A program made the position numbers and the translations under genes. A DNA stretch of 64,000 nt from Halarcobacter sp. GTDB taxonomy: Bacteria; Campylobacterota; Campylobacteria; Campylobacterales; Arcobacteraceae. Positions 8,901-23,900 of this stretch are shown piece by piece; position 1 is the first letter of the stretch; every line of letters starts with the position of its first letter. The DNA lies in assembly GCA_048571215.1 (NCBI GenBank), contig CP182352.1:544001-608000 (forward strand), given 5' to 3'. A model generated the notes under the pieces. That model did not search any database. It was not told where the DNA came from and saw nothing but the letters and a program-made list of their open reading frames with translations.

Positions 8901-11900
8901 TAATCATATCTTATGGTGATGATAGAGTTGTTGTGCAAGGTTGGATTTATAGTAAAAATAGAATAGAAAATATCATGTTTCAAAATGATGAAGTTGTTAC
9001 ATCTGATGAGATAGTATCACAGTTGATGATAAGTCAAGATGCAGATTATATAGAAGCAAGTTTATCTAATGATACTATTGATGCTTTAAGTGGAGATGAT
9101 ACAGTATTAGGACTTGAAGGGGATGATACTTTAATAGGGAATAAAGGAGATGACACTTTACAAGGTGGTTTGGGAGATGATACTTATATTTTCAATATAG
9201 GAGATGGAAAAGATACTATATATGACGTAGAAGGAAATGATACATTAACTTTTGGAGAAAATATTTTAAAAGATGATTTAATCATAAAACTTATAGAAAA
9301 TGATTTGATAATAGCTATAAAAGAAGATGGGAAAACATTTGAAGAGTTAGTTGATAAGATCACAATAAAAGATTGGGAATTACTGCCAACAAGAGTGGAA
9401 AAGATAAAGTTTTTTGATGGAAGTTCTTTAGGGGTGCAAGATATTTATCTTCCAACTGAAAATGATGATAATCTAATATTTGCAAATGATAGTGTAGATA
9501 TAGATATGTTAGGTGGAAATGATATTTTATCTACAGGAGATGCAGATGATATTGTATTTGGAAATAGTGGAAATGATAGTTTAACTACGGGCTTGGGAGA
9601 TGATACACTAGATGGTGGTTTAGGAGATGACATACTAAATGGTGGATTAGGAGATGATACATATTTATATGCAAAAGGGGATGGTGAAGATATTATTGAT
9701 GATAGTTATTACTTTGGACATAACAATAGTCGATCTAAATATGCAGGAGATGATACTTTAAGATTTTCAGAAGGTATAAGTATAGATGATTTAGAAGTTC
9801 AGTTAAATGGAGATGATATAGTAATAGGTATTAAAGAGGATGGAAAAACATTTGAAGAATATATAGATACTATAACTATTAAAAACTGGCTTGATAAAGA
9901 TAAAACAATAGAAAATATACAATTGTCAGATGGATCGAAAGTTAAATTACAAGACTTACAACAAGCAACCGAGTTTGATGATGTTTTAATATATGATAGT
10001 GATGATATAGTTGTTGATGCTTTGGCTGGAAATGATTTAATATTAACAGGTGATGGAAACAATACTATATATGCAGGTGCAGGTGAAGATGAGATAAGAA
10101 CAGGTAAGGGCGATGATGTTTTATATGGTGGTTTAGGTAATGATAATTTAATTGCTTCAGGTGGTAATGATATACTTGAAGGTGGTAAACATAGCGATAA
10201 TCTTGAAGGTGGAAATGGAAATGATACATATATCTTCAATAGAGGAGATGGTAGTGATATAATTTATGACAATTATATTTCTACTTGGCTTAAATTACAA
10301 GTTAATGCAGGAAATGATACTTTAAAATTTGGAGAGGGTATAAGCTCAACTGATCTGATTGCAAAGATAGTTGACTCAGATTTAATTATAGGCATAAAAA
10401 AGGACGAAAAAACTTTTGAAGAACTTACCGATAAGATTACCATAAAAGATTGGACTAATAGTAATAATAGAGTAGAAAACCTTAGATTATATGATGGTAG
10501 TGTTGTTCGTTTTGATTCAATACTTCAAGCTACTGTCAATGATGATTATCTAGTTTTTGGAGATGAGGGAGTTTCTATTGATGGACTTGCCGGAAATGAT
10601 GAAATATCTACTGGAAATGGCGATGATATAGTTTTAGGTGGGAAAGGCAATGATATTTTAATAACCTCAGATGGTAATGACATACTAAATGGTGGTTTAG
10701 GAGATGATATTTTATATGGAGGTTCAGGAAAAGATACATACATTTTTAATAAAGGTGATGGTGTAGATACAATTTATGATACCCATAGTGCATATAATAG
10801 AGAAGATGAAAAAGATGATATCATCTCTTTTGGTAATGATATATTATCAGAAGATATTGTAGCAAAATTAGTTGGTAAAGACATGATTTTAGCTATTAAA
10901 GTAGATGGCATAGATTTTGAAAACTTGAATGATAAAATTATAATAAAAGACTGGACTGTATCAGATAATAGAAGAGTAGAATATGCAGTTTTTAATGATG
11001 GTACTAAAGTGAGTGTAGAAAATTTACAAAGTGCAACATTGGAAGATGACAATTTAGTTTATGATTCAGAGGTAACTATTGATGCATTAGCTGGCGATGA
11101 TAAAGTAGTTACAAGTGATGGAGATGATACTCTTATTGGTGGAAAAGGAGATGATGTTCTTTTAGGTCAATTAGGAGATGATAATTATGTATTTAATAGA
11201 GGAGATGGGCAAGATACTATAAAAGATACTGGTGGTGTAGATATAATATCTTTTGGTAGCGATATTGTGGATAGTGATTTGGTATTTAGAAGAGATGCAG
11301 ATGATTTATTAATAGGTTTACATGAAGATGGAAAAAGTTTTTCTCAGTTAGATGATAAACTTATTATAAAAGATTGGTTTTTATTAAATAACAATATAGA
11401 GTCAATAGAATTTTTTGATGGTAGCAGCATAAGTAGTGCTACTTTAGCTGGATATTTTGTAAAAGATAATATTCCTGGACTTATATATAGCAAACCAGGG
11501 GCAATATTATTTGGAGAAGGTGGAGATGATACCTATGTATATAACAAAGGAGATTTTACTGTCACAATTGAAGATAGTATTTTTGAAGAAGAGATTGAGG
11601 TTGATGCAGGAAATGACAAACTTATTTTAAGTGGTGGTATAAATATAGATGATGTGGTTTTTTCGACATTTGGAGATGATTTAATTATAAATATAATTAA
11701 TCAGAAAGATACATATGAAGAGTTAAAAGATAGAGTAATCATTAAAAATTGGCAAAATGAAAATTGTGGAATTGAACAAATTATTTTTAGTAATGGCGAA
11801 ACTTTAGATGTAGATAAAACAGAAGTTTATGAAATAGATACAACTTTTAAAGAAGAATGGTATCCTGTAAATCATTACATTTATGGAGATAATGATAATG

Positions 11901-14900
11901 AGATATCAAGAGATTCTAATGTGATTATTGAAGCAAATTCTGGAAATGATATAGTTACTACTTTTGGAGGAGATGATAAACTTTATGGTGGTGAAGGGGA
12001 TGATACACTAATTGCAAATAAAGGTAAAGATTTTTTAGATGGTGGAATTGGAAATGATCAACTTCAAGCAGGAGGGGAAAATGATACATATTTTTATGGT
12101 AGGGGATATGGACATGATACTATAACTGATGAATATTTTTTCTATAGCAGTAATCAAGATGCTGGAATAGATACCATAAGATTTCAATCTGGAATTGATT
12201 TAAACGATTTGATTTTTCAACAATATAATTGTGATTTGATTATAGCAATAAAAGAGGATGGCAAATCATTTAGTGAGTTAACTGATAAATTAACAATTAA
12301 AAATTGGAATGATACAAATTATAAAATAGAAAGTTTTATATTTTCAGATGGAACATATATTGACTATCATGCAGTATTTGATTTAATGGATAAGTCATTT
12401 GATGATTATATTTCTACAAGTGAAAAAGCTGAATCTGTAACAGAAGAGTTATCTCTTGGTTTCTTTAATGCAGTTAGTGATATTGCAGCATTAGGAGAAG
12501 ATGCTGATAAGCTTACAGAAGTTTCTGTTGATTTAGTTGGCGAAATATTAAATATGGAAAATGTTAATGCTAATGATGAAATTTATGGAGGTGAAGGTGA
12601 TGATACTATTATCACAAGAGAAGGTACAGATATTTTAGATGGTGGAATAGGTAATGATAGATTGGAGGGTGGTAGACGGAATGATGTATATATTTTTGGT
12701 AGAGGGTATGGACATGATTCTATATTAGATGAATATAACTATTATAGTTTAGATCAAGATGGTGGAAATGATGTTATTAAATTTAAAGAGGGTATTGTTG
12801 CAAGTGATTTAATTTTTAAACAAAATAATAATAATTTAATAATAGCCATTAAAGAGAATGGAAAAGATTTTGATGAACTTTCAGATAAATTGACAATTGA
12901 AAATTGGAATGATACAAATTATACAATTGAAAATTTAGTTTTCTCAGATGGAAGTAGTTTAGGAAAAAGTGATATTCACTCTTTAATGCTTACAGAAGGT
13001 GATGACATAATTACAACTAGTAAAAATGTAGATTTTTCTTTTTATTCTCTTGCTTCTATATTTTTCAATCCAGATAAAAGTATACCTATTTTGGAAAGTT
13101 TTGATGCTCATGATACAATCTATGGTGGGTTAGGAAATGATACTATTTCTACTGGAGAGGGAAATGATACTTTAAGTGGTGGAGAGGGTATAGATATTCT
13201 TAAAGGTGGAGGTCAGAATGATACATACATCTTTGGAAAAGGTTATGGTCAAGATATAATTTTAGATGAATATTTTAATTATATTGGTATCCAAAATGCA
13301 GGAGATGATAAATTAATTATTGATAGTGGATTAAGTGTTAATGATTTGATTTTTAAACAACTTGATAATGACTTGTGTATTGGTATCAAGGAGGATGGAA
13401 AGTCTTTTGAAGAGTTACTAGATAAATTAACAATAACAAACTGGAATGATACATACTATGGTATTGAGAATATCGTTTTTGAGGATGGTACAATTTTATC
13501 TAGAGATGATATTCGTTCTATAATGATAAAAAATGAAGATGATGTAATTTCTACTGGAGAAAATGGTAGAAACTATGGAAAAGATATTATTGTTGGAGGA
13601 GAAGGAAACGATATAATTACCACTAGAAAAGGAAATGATACTCTAGATGGAGGTATTGGAAATGATATTTTAAAAGGTGGAGAAGCTGATGATACCTATA
13701 TATTTGCAAAAGGTTATGGAACTGATCAAATTATAGATGTAGGTTCATATTATAATTATGATGCTGATGGAGATATTGATACTATTAATTTTATAGGGGG
13801 TTTAACTCAAGAGGATTTAGTTTTTAAACAAATAGATAATGATTTAATAATAGGCATTAAAGAAGATGGAAAAATATTTGATGAATTAACAGATAAATTA
13901 ACAATCACCAATTGGAATAACAAATATTATACAATAGAAAATTTTATTTTTAGTAATGGAATTATTATTACAAAAGATGATATGTATAATTTAATGGATA
14001 AAACAAGAGATGATAGTATTAATACTGGAAATGGTGCAGATACAATTTATGCTGGAGAAGGTAATGATATTATATCTACAAATGGTGGCAATGATGTAGT
14101 TTATGGTGGAAATGGTAATGATACAATCAATGCAGGAAAAGGTGATGATGTTATTCAAGGTGGATTGGATAATGACATTTATGTATTTAATATAGGTCAT
14201 GGACAAGATACAATAGTAGATAATACTGGAAAAAATATAATATCCTTTGGAGATAATATTGATAGTTCTCAAATAAGTTATGCAAAATATGGAAATGATT
14301 TACTTATCCTTAAATCTGATAGCATTGATAAAATAGTAGTAAAAAACTGGTTTATAAATAATAATGAGTTAGAAATACAATTTGCTGATAAAACTATTTT
14401 GGATAGTAATCAAATATTATTAAATCTTATTGATGGGAATAATAGTGAATTTGATGGAGAAAATATATTTTCTAGTAGTGAAAATATTACTATACATGGT
14501 GAAACAGGAAATGACACATATATTTACAATAAAGGTGATAGTTGTCTTGTAATAGAAGATAAATATGATATTGATGGAACTGAAGTTCAATCAGGTGTTG
14601 ATAAATTAATTTTAAATGGAGAAATTAATTCATCTGATATAATGATTAATCAATATAAAGATGATTTAGTAATAAAAATTAATTATGATGAAACTGTTGA
14701 TTTGTCACTTCAAGATTATATATTAATCAAAAATTGGAAAAATGAAAATCAAGGTGTTGAAAAAATTATATTTAGTAACGGAGAAACACTTGAGTTAGAT
14801 AAAACATTTATTTATGATGAAACTACTTTAAATGAAAATCTTTTACCAAGTAATAAACATTTATATGGATATGAAGATAATGATATAACAGGTGATAACT

Positions 14901-17900
14901 CTAGTGAAATATTCTTTTTAGGAAAAGGTAATGATAATATAAACTCTGGATATGGTAATGATACCCTAGATGGTGGAGCAGGTAATGACCAACTAAATGG
15001 ATGGGGAGATAATGACACTTATATCTTTGGAAGAGGGTATGGAGAAGATACAATTATAGATTATCGGATTACATCTTTAAGTGGACAGCTTGTTAGTGGA
15101 GGAAGTGATACAATACAATTTAACGAAGGTATTACAGCAGATGATTTGATTTTTATGCAACAAAATAATGAATTAGTTATTGGTATAAAAGAAGATGGAA
15201 AAACATTTGCTGAATTATCTGATAAATTAACTATAACAAATTGGCAAGATGTACATTATCGAATAGAAAATATTAAATTTTATGATAATAGTTCTTTAAG
15301 TTTTGAAGATATTCAATCATCTTTTATAGTATCAAGTGATGATAGTATAAGTACAAATGGTGGAAGTGATATAGTATATGGAGGAAAAGGTAATGATAAT
15401 ATAAACTCTGGATATGGTAATGATACCCTAGATGGTGGAGCAGGTAATGACCAACTAAATGGATGGGGAGATAATGACACTTATATCTTTGGAAGAGGGT
15501 ATGGAGAAGATACAATTATAGATTATCGGATTACATCTTTAAGTGGACAGCTTGTTAGTGGAGGAAGTGATACAATACAATTTAACGAAGGTATTACAGC
15601 AGATGATTTGATTTTTATGCAACAAAATAATGAATTAGTTATTGGTATAAAAGAAGATGGAAAAACATTTGCTGAATTATCTGATAAATTAACTATAACA
15701 AATTGGAATGATAGTTATTATTCAATTGAAAATTTTGTTTTTGATAATGGAATAACTTTATTAAAAGAAGAGATACAGTCTTTAATAATATCACCAAATG
15801 ATGACATAATAAATATGTCAAATAGAAATGATACTATTTATTCAGGAACTGGAAATGATACCATATATTCAGGATCGGGAGATGACACCATTTATTCAGG
15901 AAGTGGAGAAGATTATTTATATGGGGAAAATGGTTCTGATTATTTATATGCTGGAGAGGATGATGATATTCTTGAAGGTGGAGTTGGTTCAGATTATTTA
16001 TATGGAGAAAATGGTTCTGATACCTATGTATTTAAAAGTGGACATGGACAAGATATAATAGTCGATAACCTTGGCAAACATATTTTAATTTTTGACTCAA
16101 ATGTCTCAAAAGAAAATTTTATTTTTAAAAAATTTAGTAATGATCTATTTATTTTAAAAGATAATAGTGCTGATAATGTAGTGATTAAGGATTGGTTTAT
16201 TAATAATAATGAATTAGAAATTAAGATTATTAATGAAACTATAATTACTACAGAATATATTTTATCTAATATAATTGATGGTGATTTAGAAGCTGAAAAT
16301 ACTGCGAATACCTTATATAGTATTTCTGATACTATTCTTCATGGAGAATTAGGAAATGATACTTATTCTTATAATATTGGAGATGGTATTATTTTGATAG
16401 ATGATCAATATAATATTAATGGTAATGAAGTTCAAGCAGGATATGATAAACTTAAATTTACTGGTAACATTACTATGGATGACTTGGTTTTTGAAAAGTA
16501 TAATAATGACTTAATAATAAAAGTAAATTATAATGAACTTGTTGATGATTCATTGCAAGATGTAATTATAATAAGAAATTGGCAAAATAATAATCAGGGA
16601 ATTGAAGAAATTATTTTTAACAATGGAGGAAGTTTAACTATTGATAAAACTAATAGTTATAAAGATACTACATTTGATATCAATTTAATACCTCAAAATA
16701 AGCATTTGTTTGGATATGAAGATAATATATTTGATGGAAATAATTATGATGAAGTAATTTTTACGGATAATGGGAACGATACAATAAACTCAGGATTTGG
16801 GAATGATACCCTAGATGGAGGTAGTGGAGATGACCAATTAAATGGAAGTAGAGGAGATGATATATATGTATTTGGAAGAGGATATGGACAAGATACAATA
16901 GTTGATCATTATAGACATTATACAGGCAACAATGCCGGAAATGATACGATACAGTTTAAAGAAGGAATAACAGCAGATGATTTAATCTTTATGCAAAATA
17001 ATAGTGATTTAATTATAGCAATAAAAGAGGATGGAAAAATATTTGAAGAGTTAGTAGATAAGATTACTGTAAAAAATTGGACAGACTTGTATGATAGTAT
17101 GGAGAATTTCAGTTTTTCAGATGGAAGCTCATTAACAAAAGAAGATGTACAATTGTCAATGATTTCACCAAATGATGATGTTATGAATGGTGGTGATGGA
17201 GATGAAGTTTTCTATGGAAAAGTAGGGAACGATACAATAAACTCAGGACATGGGAATGATACCCTAGATGGAGGTAGTGGAGATGACCAATTAAATGGAA
17301 GTAGAGGAGATGATATATATGTATTTGGAAGAGGATATGGACAAGATACAATAGTTGATCATTATAGACATTATACAGGCAACAATGCCGGAAATGATAC
17401 GATACAGTTTAAAGAAGGAATAACAGCAGATGATTTAATCTTTATGCAAAATAATAGTGATTTAATTATAGCAATAAAAGAGGATGGAAAAATATTTGAA
17501 GAGTTAGTAGATAAGATTACTGTTAAGAATTGGAATGATCAATATGATAGTATAGAAACTTTAAAGTTTGTTGATGGTACAGAACTTTTAAGAGATGAGA
17601 TATTTCCATTAATGATAGGGAATAATGATGATGTAATAAATACAACAAGTGAAGCAAATCAATTATTGTATGGGAAAGAAGGGAATGACACAATTAGTTC
17701 CGCAGGTGGGAATGATATTGTGTATGGAGGAATAGGTAATGATACAATAAACTCAGGACATGGGAATGATACCTTAGATGGAGGAGAAGGAGATGATACA
17801 ATTAGTTCCGCAGATGGAGATGATATTGTTTATGCAGGAATAGGCAATGATACAATAAACTCAGGACATGGGGATGATACCTTAGATGGAGGTGCAGGAG

Positions 17901-20900
17901 ATGATACAATTAATTCTTCAGATGGAAATGATATTATTTTTTCAGGTATAGGTAATGATATAATAAATTCGGGGAATGGAAATGATACTTTAGATGGTGA
18001 AGCGGGAGATGATCAACTAAATGGATGGAAAGGTAATGACGCTTATATCTTTGGACGAGGATATGGACATGATACTATAAGTGAATTTATTGGTTCTTAC
18101 ATGTCTAGTCTTTATGCAAATAATTTAGGAAATGATACTATTCAGTTTAGTGAAGGTATAACTATTACAGATTTAATTTTTATGCAAAAGGATAGTGATT
18201 TAATAATTGCAATAAAAGAAGATAGTAAAGAGTTTGAAGAATTGAATGATAAATTAATTATTAAGAACTTTACTAATGCAAAGTTTTCAATTGAAAATTT
18301 CACTTTTTCAAATGGTGATATTTTAATAAAAGAAGATATTTTACCTTTAATAATAACTAATAATGATGATAATATATTAGGTGGGAATGGTGATGATATT
18401 CTAAATGGTGGAATTGGTGATGATATTCTAAATGGTCTAGGTGGTAATGACATCTATACTTTTTCAAGAGGGGATGGTAAAGATATTATTTTTGATTTTA
18501 TTAATTTTTATGGGGATGGAAACACCATTAATAGTGGTGGAAATGATACTATACAGTTTAGTGAAGGTATCATGGCAGATGACTTGATTTTTATAAAGGA
18601 TGATTATGATTTAGTAATTGGATTAAAAGAAAATGGAAAAACTTTTGAAGAATTAAATGATAAAATAACAATAAGCTCTTTCTTTTTGTCACCTTTTTAT
18701 AGAATAGAAAAAATAGAATTTATTTCAGATAGTGAAAATAATATTGAAAATTTACCTCTTTTTATTTTAAAGCCTACAAATGATGATGATATATTAAAGT
18801 ATACTAGTAATTCTGAAGTAGTTAATGCTTTAGCAGGAAATGATATTATTTATACTTATGAAGGAGATGATACAATATATGGTGAAAGTGGAGATGATAC
18901 AATATATGGTGGAAGTGGAGCTGATACTATAGATGGTGGAACTGAAGATGATACAATATATGCTGAAAGTGGAGATGATACAATATATGGTGGAAGTGGA
19001 GCTGATACTATAGATAGTGGAAGGGGAGATGATACAATATATGGTGGAAGTGGAGATGATATTATAGATAGTGGAAGTGAAGCTGATACTATTGATGGTG
19101 GAAGTGGAGATGATACTATAAATGGTGGAAGTGGAGATGATACATATTTATTTGGTATAGGTTCAGGAAAAGATACAATATTGGATATTAAAGTATCTTA
19201 CGGAGGAAATTATTTTGGAGGTAGTGATTCAATCCAATTAAAAGAAGGTATAACTGTTGATGATTTGATTTTTATGCAAGAGGATAATGATCTAATAATC
19301 GCAATAAAAGAAGATGGTAAGGCTTTTGAAGAATTATCAGATAAACTAATACTAACAAATTGGCAAGATGAAGATTATAGAATAGAAAACATCAAATTTT
19401 CAGACGGAACTTTATTAACTTCAGAAAATATATTATCATATCTGCCTAATCCTATTTATGGAACAAATTTAGATGACACTTTATCTAGTGAGAATAATGA
19501 GAATACTAATTTAATTTTTTATGGATTAGATGGTAATGACGAAATATATGCTGGAGAAGGAGATGATATATTAAATGGTGGAGTTGGAAATGATTATTTA
19601 GAAGGTGGAATTGGAAGTGATACCTATATATTTGAAAAAGGTTTTGGTGAAGATATAGTATCAGATTATACTTATTATAATGATATAAATACTATAAAAT
19701 TTGGTGAAGGAATATATAAGGATAATCTAATCTTTACTAAAACAGATTATGAAAGTTTAGAAATAACTTTTAATATAGAAGGTATGGAAACTGATAAATT
19801 AATTATTGAAGAGTTTTATAATGAATTTGGTATAGGAAAAATAGAGTTTACCTCAGATAATACAAATAATATAGATGATTTTATATCTTTTATGTTTGAA
19901 AAACCAGCAACTTCTGGGGATGATATCTTAGTTTATACTGATAAAGATAATAGTGATAATATAAACATTGTTGATGGACTTGAAGGTGATGATATTATTT
20001 ATACTAATTCTGGAGATGATATATTAAATGGTGGAATAGGAGATGATGAATTATATGCTGGAGAAGGAGATGATATATTAAATGGTGGAGTTGGATATGA
20101 TTATTTAGAAGGTGGAATAGGTAGTGATACTTATATCTTTGAAATAGGTTCAGGATATGATTTTATTTATGATGAAGGAGATATTAATAGTACTGATGCA
20201 ATTAGATTTGGAGAAGGAATATTAAAAGAACATTTAATATTTGAAAATGACTTTGGAAATTTACAAATTACTTTTTCTAAAGAAGGAATGGAAAATGATA
20301 TTTTAATTATAGGAGGTTTCCATAATTTCTATAATATATATGAACAGAGAAATAGAATTGAAAAGATAGAATTTCTTTCAGATAGCACAAATAATATAGA
20401 TAATCTCATCTCATATATATTTGAAAAGCCAACTACTAATGGAGATGATATAGTTGAGTATTTAGATAAAGAAAATAGTGATAATATAGATATTATAGAT
20501 GGGCTTGATGGTAATGATATGATTTTTACTCATTCTGGAGATGATATTTTAAATGGAAATAGTGGAGAAGATTACTTAAATGGTGGGAATGGAAACGATA
20601 TATTAGAGGGTGGTTTAGATAATGACTATCTTTATGGAGAAAAAGGTGATGATACATATGTATTTAGTAGAGGAGATGGTTTAGATTCTATAGTTGATGA
20701 GGTGGTCTATATTGAAGATGAGGATAGTGATATATATTTTGATGGAGGAAATGATACAATTCAATTTAAAGGAGATATAACAGTAGATGATTTAATAATT
20801 AAATTAGTTGAATCTGATCTAATGTTAGGTAGAAGGACTGATTTAGTAATAGGATTAAAAGAGGATGGTGTAGCTTTTGAAAGTCTTTCAGATAAGATTA

Positions 20901-23900
20901 CTATTGCCAATTGGCAAGATGCAAATTATAGAGTAGAAAACATCAAATTTTCAGATGGTACACTGTTAACCTTTACAGATGACCAAGCGAATTATACTCT
21001 CACTGAACCAACTCAATCAACACCACCAATAGTATTAGATATGAATTTAAATGGTATTACATCTGTATCTTTAGAAGATTCAACTGCATATTTTGATTAT
21101 GCAGCAGATGGACAAAGAGAACATACGGCTTGGATAGAAAATGGTGATGCCTTATTAGTTGCAGATTTAAATAATGATGGAGTTATAAATGATGGTAGTG
21201 AGTTATTTGGTAACTATACAAAACTATCAGATGGAACTTTGGCTAGCGATGGGTATGAGGCTTTAGCTCAATATGATTCTAATTCTGACTCAATAATTGA
21301 TTATAAAGATAATAATTATTCTAAACTATCTTTATGGAATGATTTAAATCACAATGGTAAAACTGATGCTGGTGAATTACAAAATATTCAGTTAAGTACT
21401 ATTAGAGCTATACATCTAACAAATACAGAAAACACTATATTTGAACAAGTTACTGAAAATGGAAATTTAATTACAAATGAAACTATCTATGAGACTAATA
21501 CTGATAATGGAAAAGTAAGAGATATATGGTTTGAATATGATGAAACAGATTATATTACAAATAATGATACTCTTCAAGCTTCAAATACTCAAAAATATTT
21601 AAGCTTGAAAGATGGAAATGACACTTACATATACTCTTTAGGTGATGGTTTAGTTACAATTGATGATGCAGGAGATGGAGAAGATACACTTAAGTTTACT
21701 CAAGATATAAAAAAAGAACAAATTGAGGTTCGTTGGAATAAAAATAGTGATGATATAATCTTGGCTATTAGACCAACTATTGACGATACTACCGCAGTAA
21801 CAGAACTTGAAGATCAAATTTTGATAAAAAATTGGTTTAATGATAGTGGTTCAATTGAAACTGTAGAGTTTAGTGATGGGACAATATTAAATAAAGAACA
21901 ACTTTTTGAAATACTTACTTCAAAAAAAGATTCTTCACCAATAATAACTAGAGTACTTAGTGAAAATGGACAACTTGAAGGTGGAATATTTAATGATGTA
22001 CTCTATGGTTCAACAGGTAGTGAACTACTAGATGGAAAAGATGGACACGATTATCTAAAAGGATTAGATGGTGATGATCAGATAGTTGGAGGAAGAGGTG
22101 ATGATACACACTTTGGAGGAAAAGGAGATGATTTATCTTTAGATATTTCAGGAGATGAATACTATATTTTCAACAGAGGTGATGGACAAGATACAATTAT
22201 TGATGCAAGTGGTAATGATTTGATAATATTTGGTTCTGATATTTCAATTGATGATTTGATAATCAAACAATCAGAAGAAAACCTAATAATTGCTTTAAAT
22301 GAAGAGGGTGTAGAGTTTGATTTATTAAAAGATACTATTACTATACAAAATTATTTAGTAGATGAATATAAAATTGAAAATTTAGAGTTTTCAAATGGAA
22401 ATAGAATAAACTTAGAAGAATACTTAAATTCTTCGGTTGATACTGAGATAGTATTAAAAAGTTTTGAAGTAAATCTACAAGAAGATAATAGTATATCAGG
22501 TAGTTTAGATGTTACAGGAAATATTGATGGAATAGAGTTTTCTATAGAAACTATATCAGAAAATTCTAGTTTGCAAATTGATGAATTAGGAAATTATACA
22601 TATACTCCAAATGAAAACTTTAATGGTACTGAACAAATTATAGTAAGTGTAACTAATGATTACGGTGAAACAAGTACTGCAACTATTGATTTTATTATAG
22701 AAGCAGTAAATGATACTCCAATAGCAAAAGAGGATAGTGCAGAAGTAATAGAGAATGGAACATTAACAATACAAGCAATAGATATATTATCAAATGATAT
22801 AGATGTAGATGAGAATGATGTCTTAACAATAACAGATGTAAGTGGCGTAGAAAATAAAGGAGTAGTTAGTTTAGTAGATGGTAATGTAGTGTTTGAGACA
22901 GGGGAAGACTTTGATTATCTAGCAGAAGGTGAGAGTGAAGAGGTTATACTAACATATGAGATGCAAGATGATAAAGGGGCAAGTTCAAGTTCAACAATAA
23001 CAGTAACAGTAAGTGGAACAAATGATGCACCAGTTATTTCAACAATTCAAACTGTAGATATATTAGAAGATGCAAATATCTTAAACGGACAAATAGAAGC
23101 AAGAGATGTAGATAATAACTCAAGTCTAATATTTACAACAATACAAACAGTTGCAGGGTTTACATTAAATGAAGATGGAAGTTATAGCTTCGATTCAAGT
23201 AATGAAGAATATCAAAGTTTGAGCCAAGGAGATGTGAAAGAGATAATTATTCCAATTACAGTTACAGATGAAAATGGAAGTGCTGATACAAAAGATTTAA
23301 TAATCAAAGTTATAGGAACAAATGATACTCCAATAGCAAAAGAGGATAATGCAGAAGTAATAGAGAATGGAACATTAACAATACAAGCAATAGATATATT
23401 ATCAAATGATATAGATGTAGATGAGAATGATGTCTTAACAATAACAGATGTAAGTGGCGTAGAAAATAAAGGAGTAGTTAGTTTAGTAGATGGTAATGTA
23501 GTGTTTGAGACAGGGGAAGACTTTGATTATCTAGCAGAAGGTGAGAGTGAAGAGGTTATACTAACATATGAGATGCAAGATGATAAAGGGGCAAGTTCAA
23601 GTTCAACAATAACAGTAACAGTAAGTGGAACAAATGATGCACCAGTTATTTCAACAATTCAAACTGTAGATATATTAGAAGATGCAAATATCTTAAACGG
23701 ACAAATAGAAGCAAGAGATGTAGATAATAACTCAAGTCTAATATTTACAACAATACAAACAGTTGCAGGGTTTACATTAAATGAAGATGGAAGTTATAGC
23801 TTCGATTCAAGTAATGAAGAATATCAAAGTTTGAGCCAAGGAGATGTGAAAGAGATAATTATTCCAATTACAGTTACAGATGAAAATGGAAGTGCTGATA

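Noticed and set aside
18860..19145. 27-bp tandem repeats as a separate element
   Set aside because: Ordinary RTX nonapeptide coding repeats.
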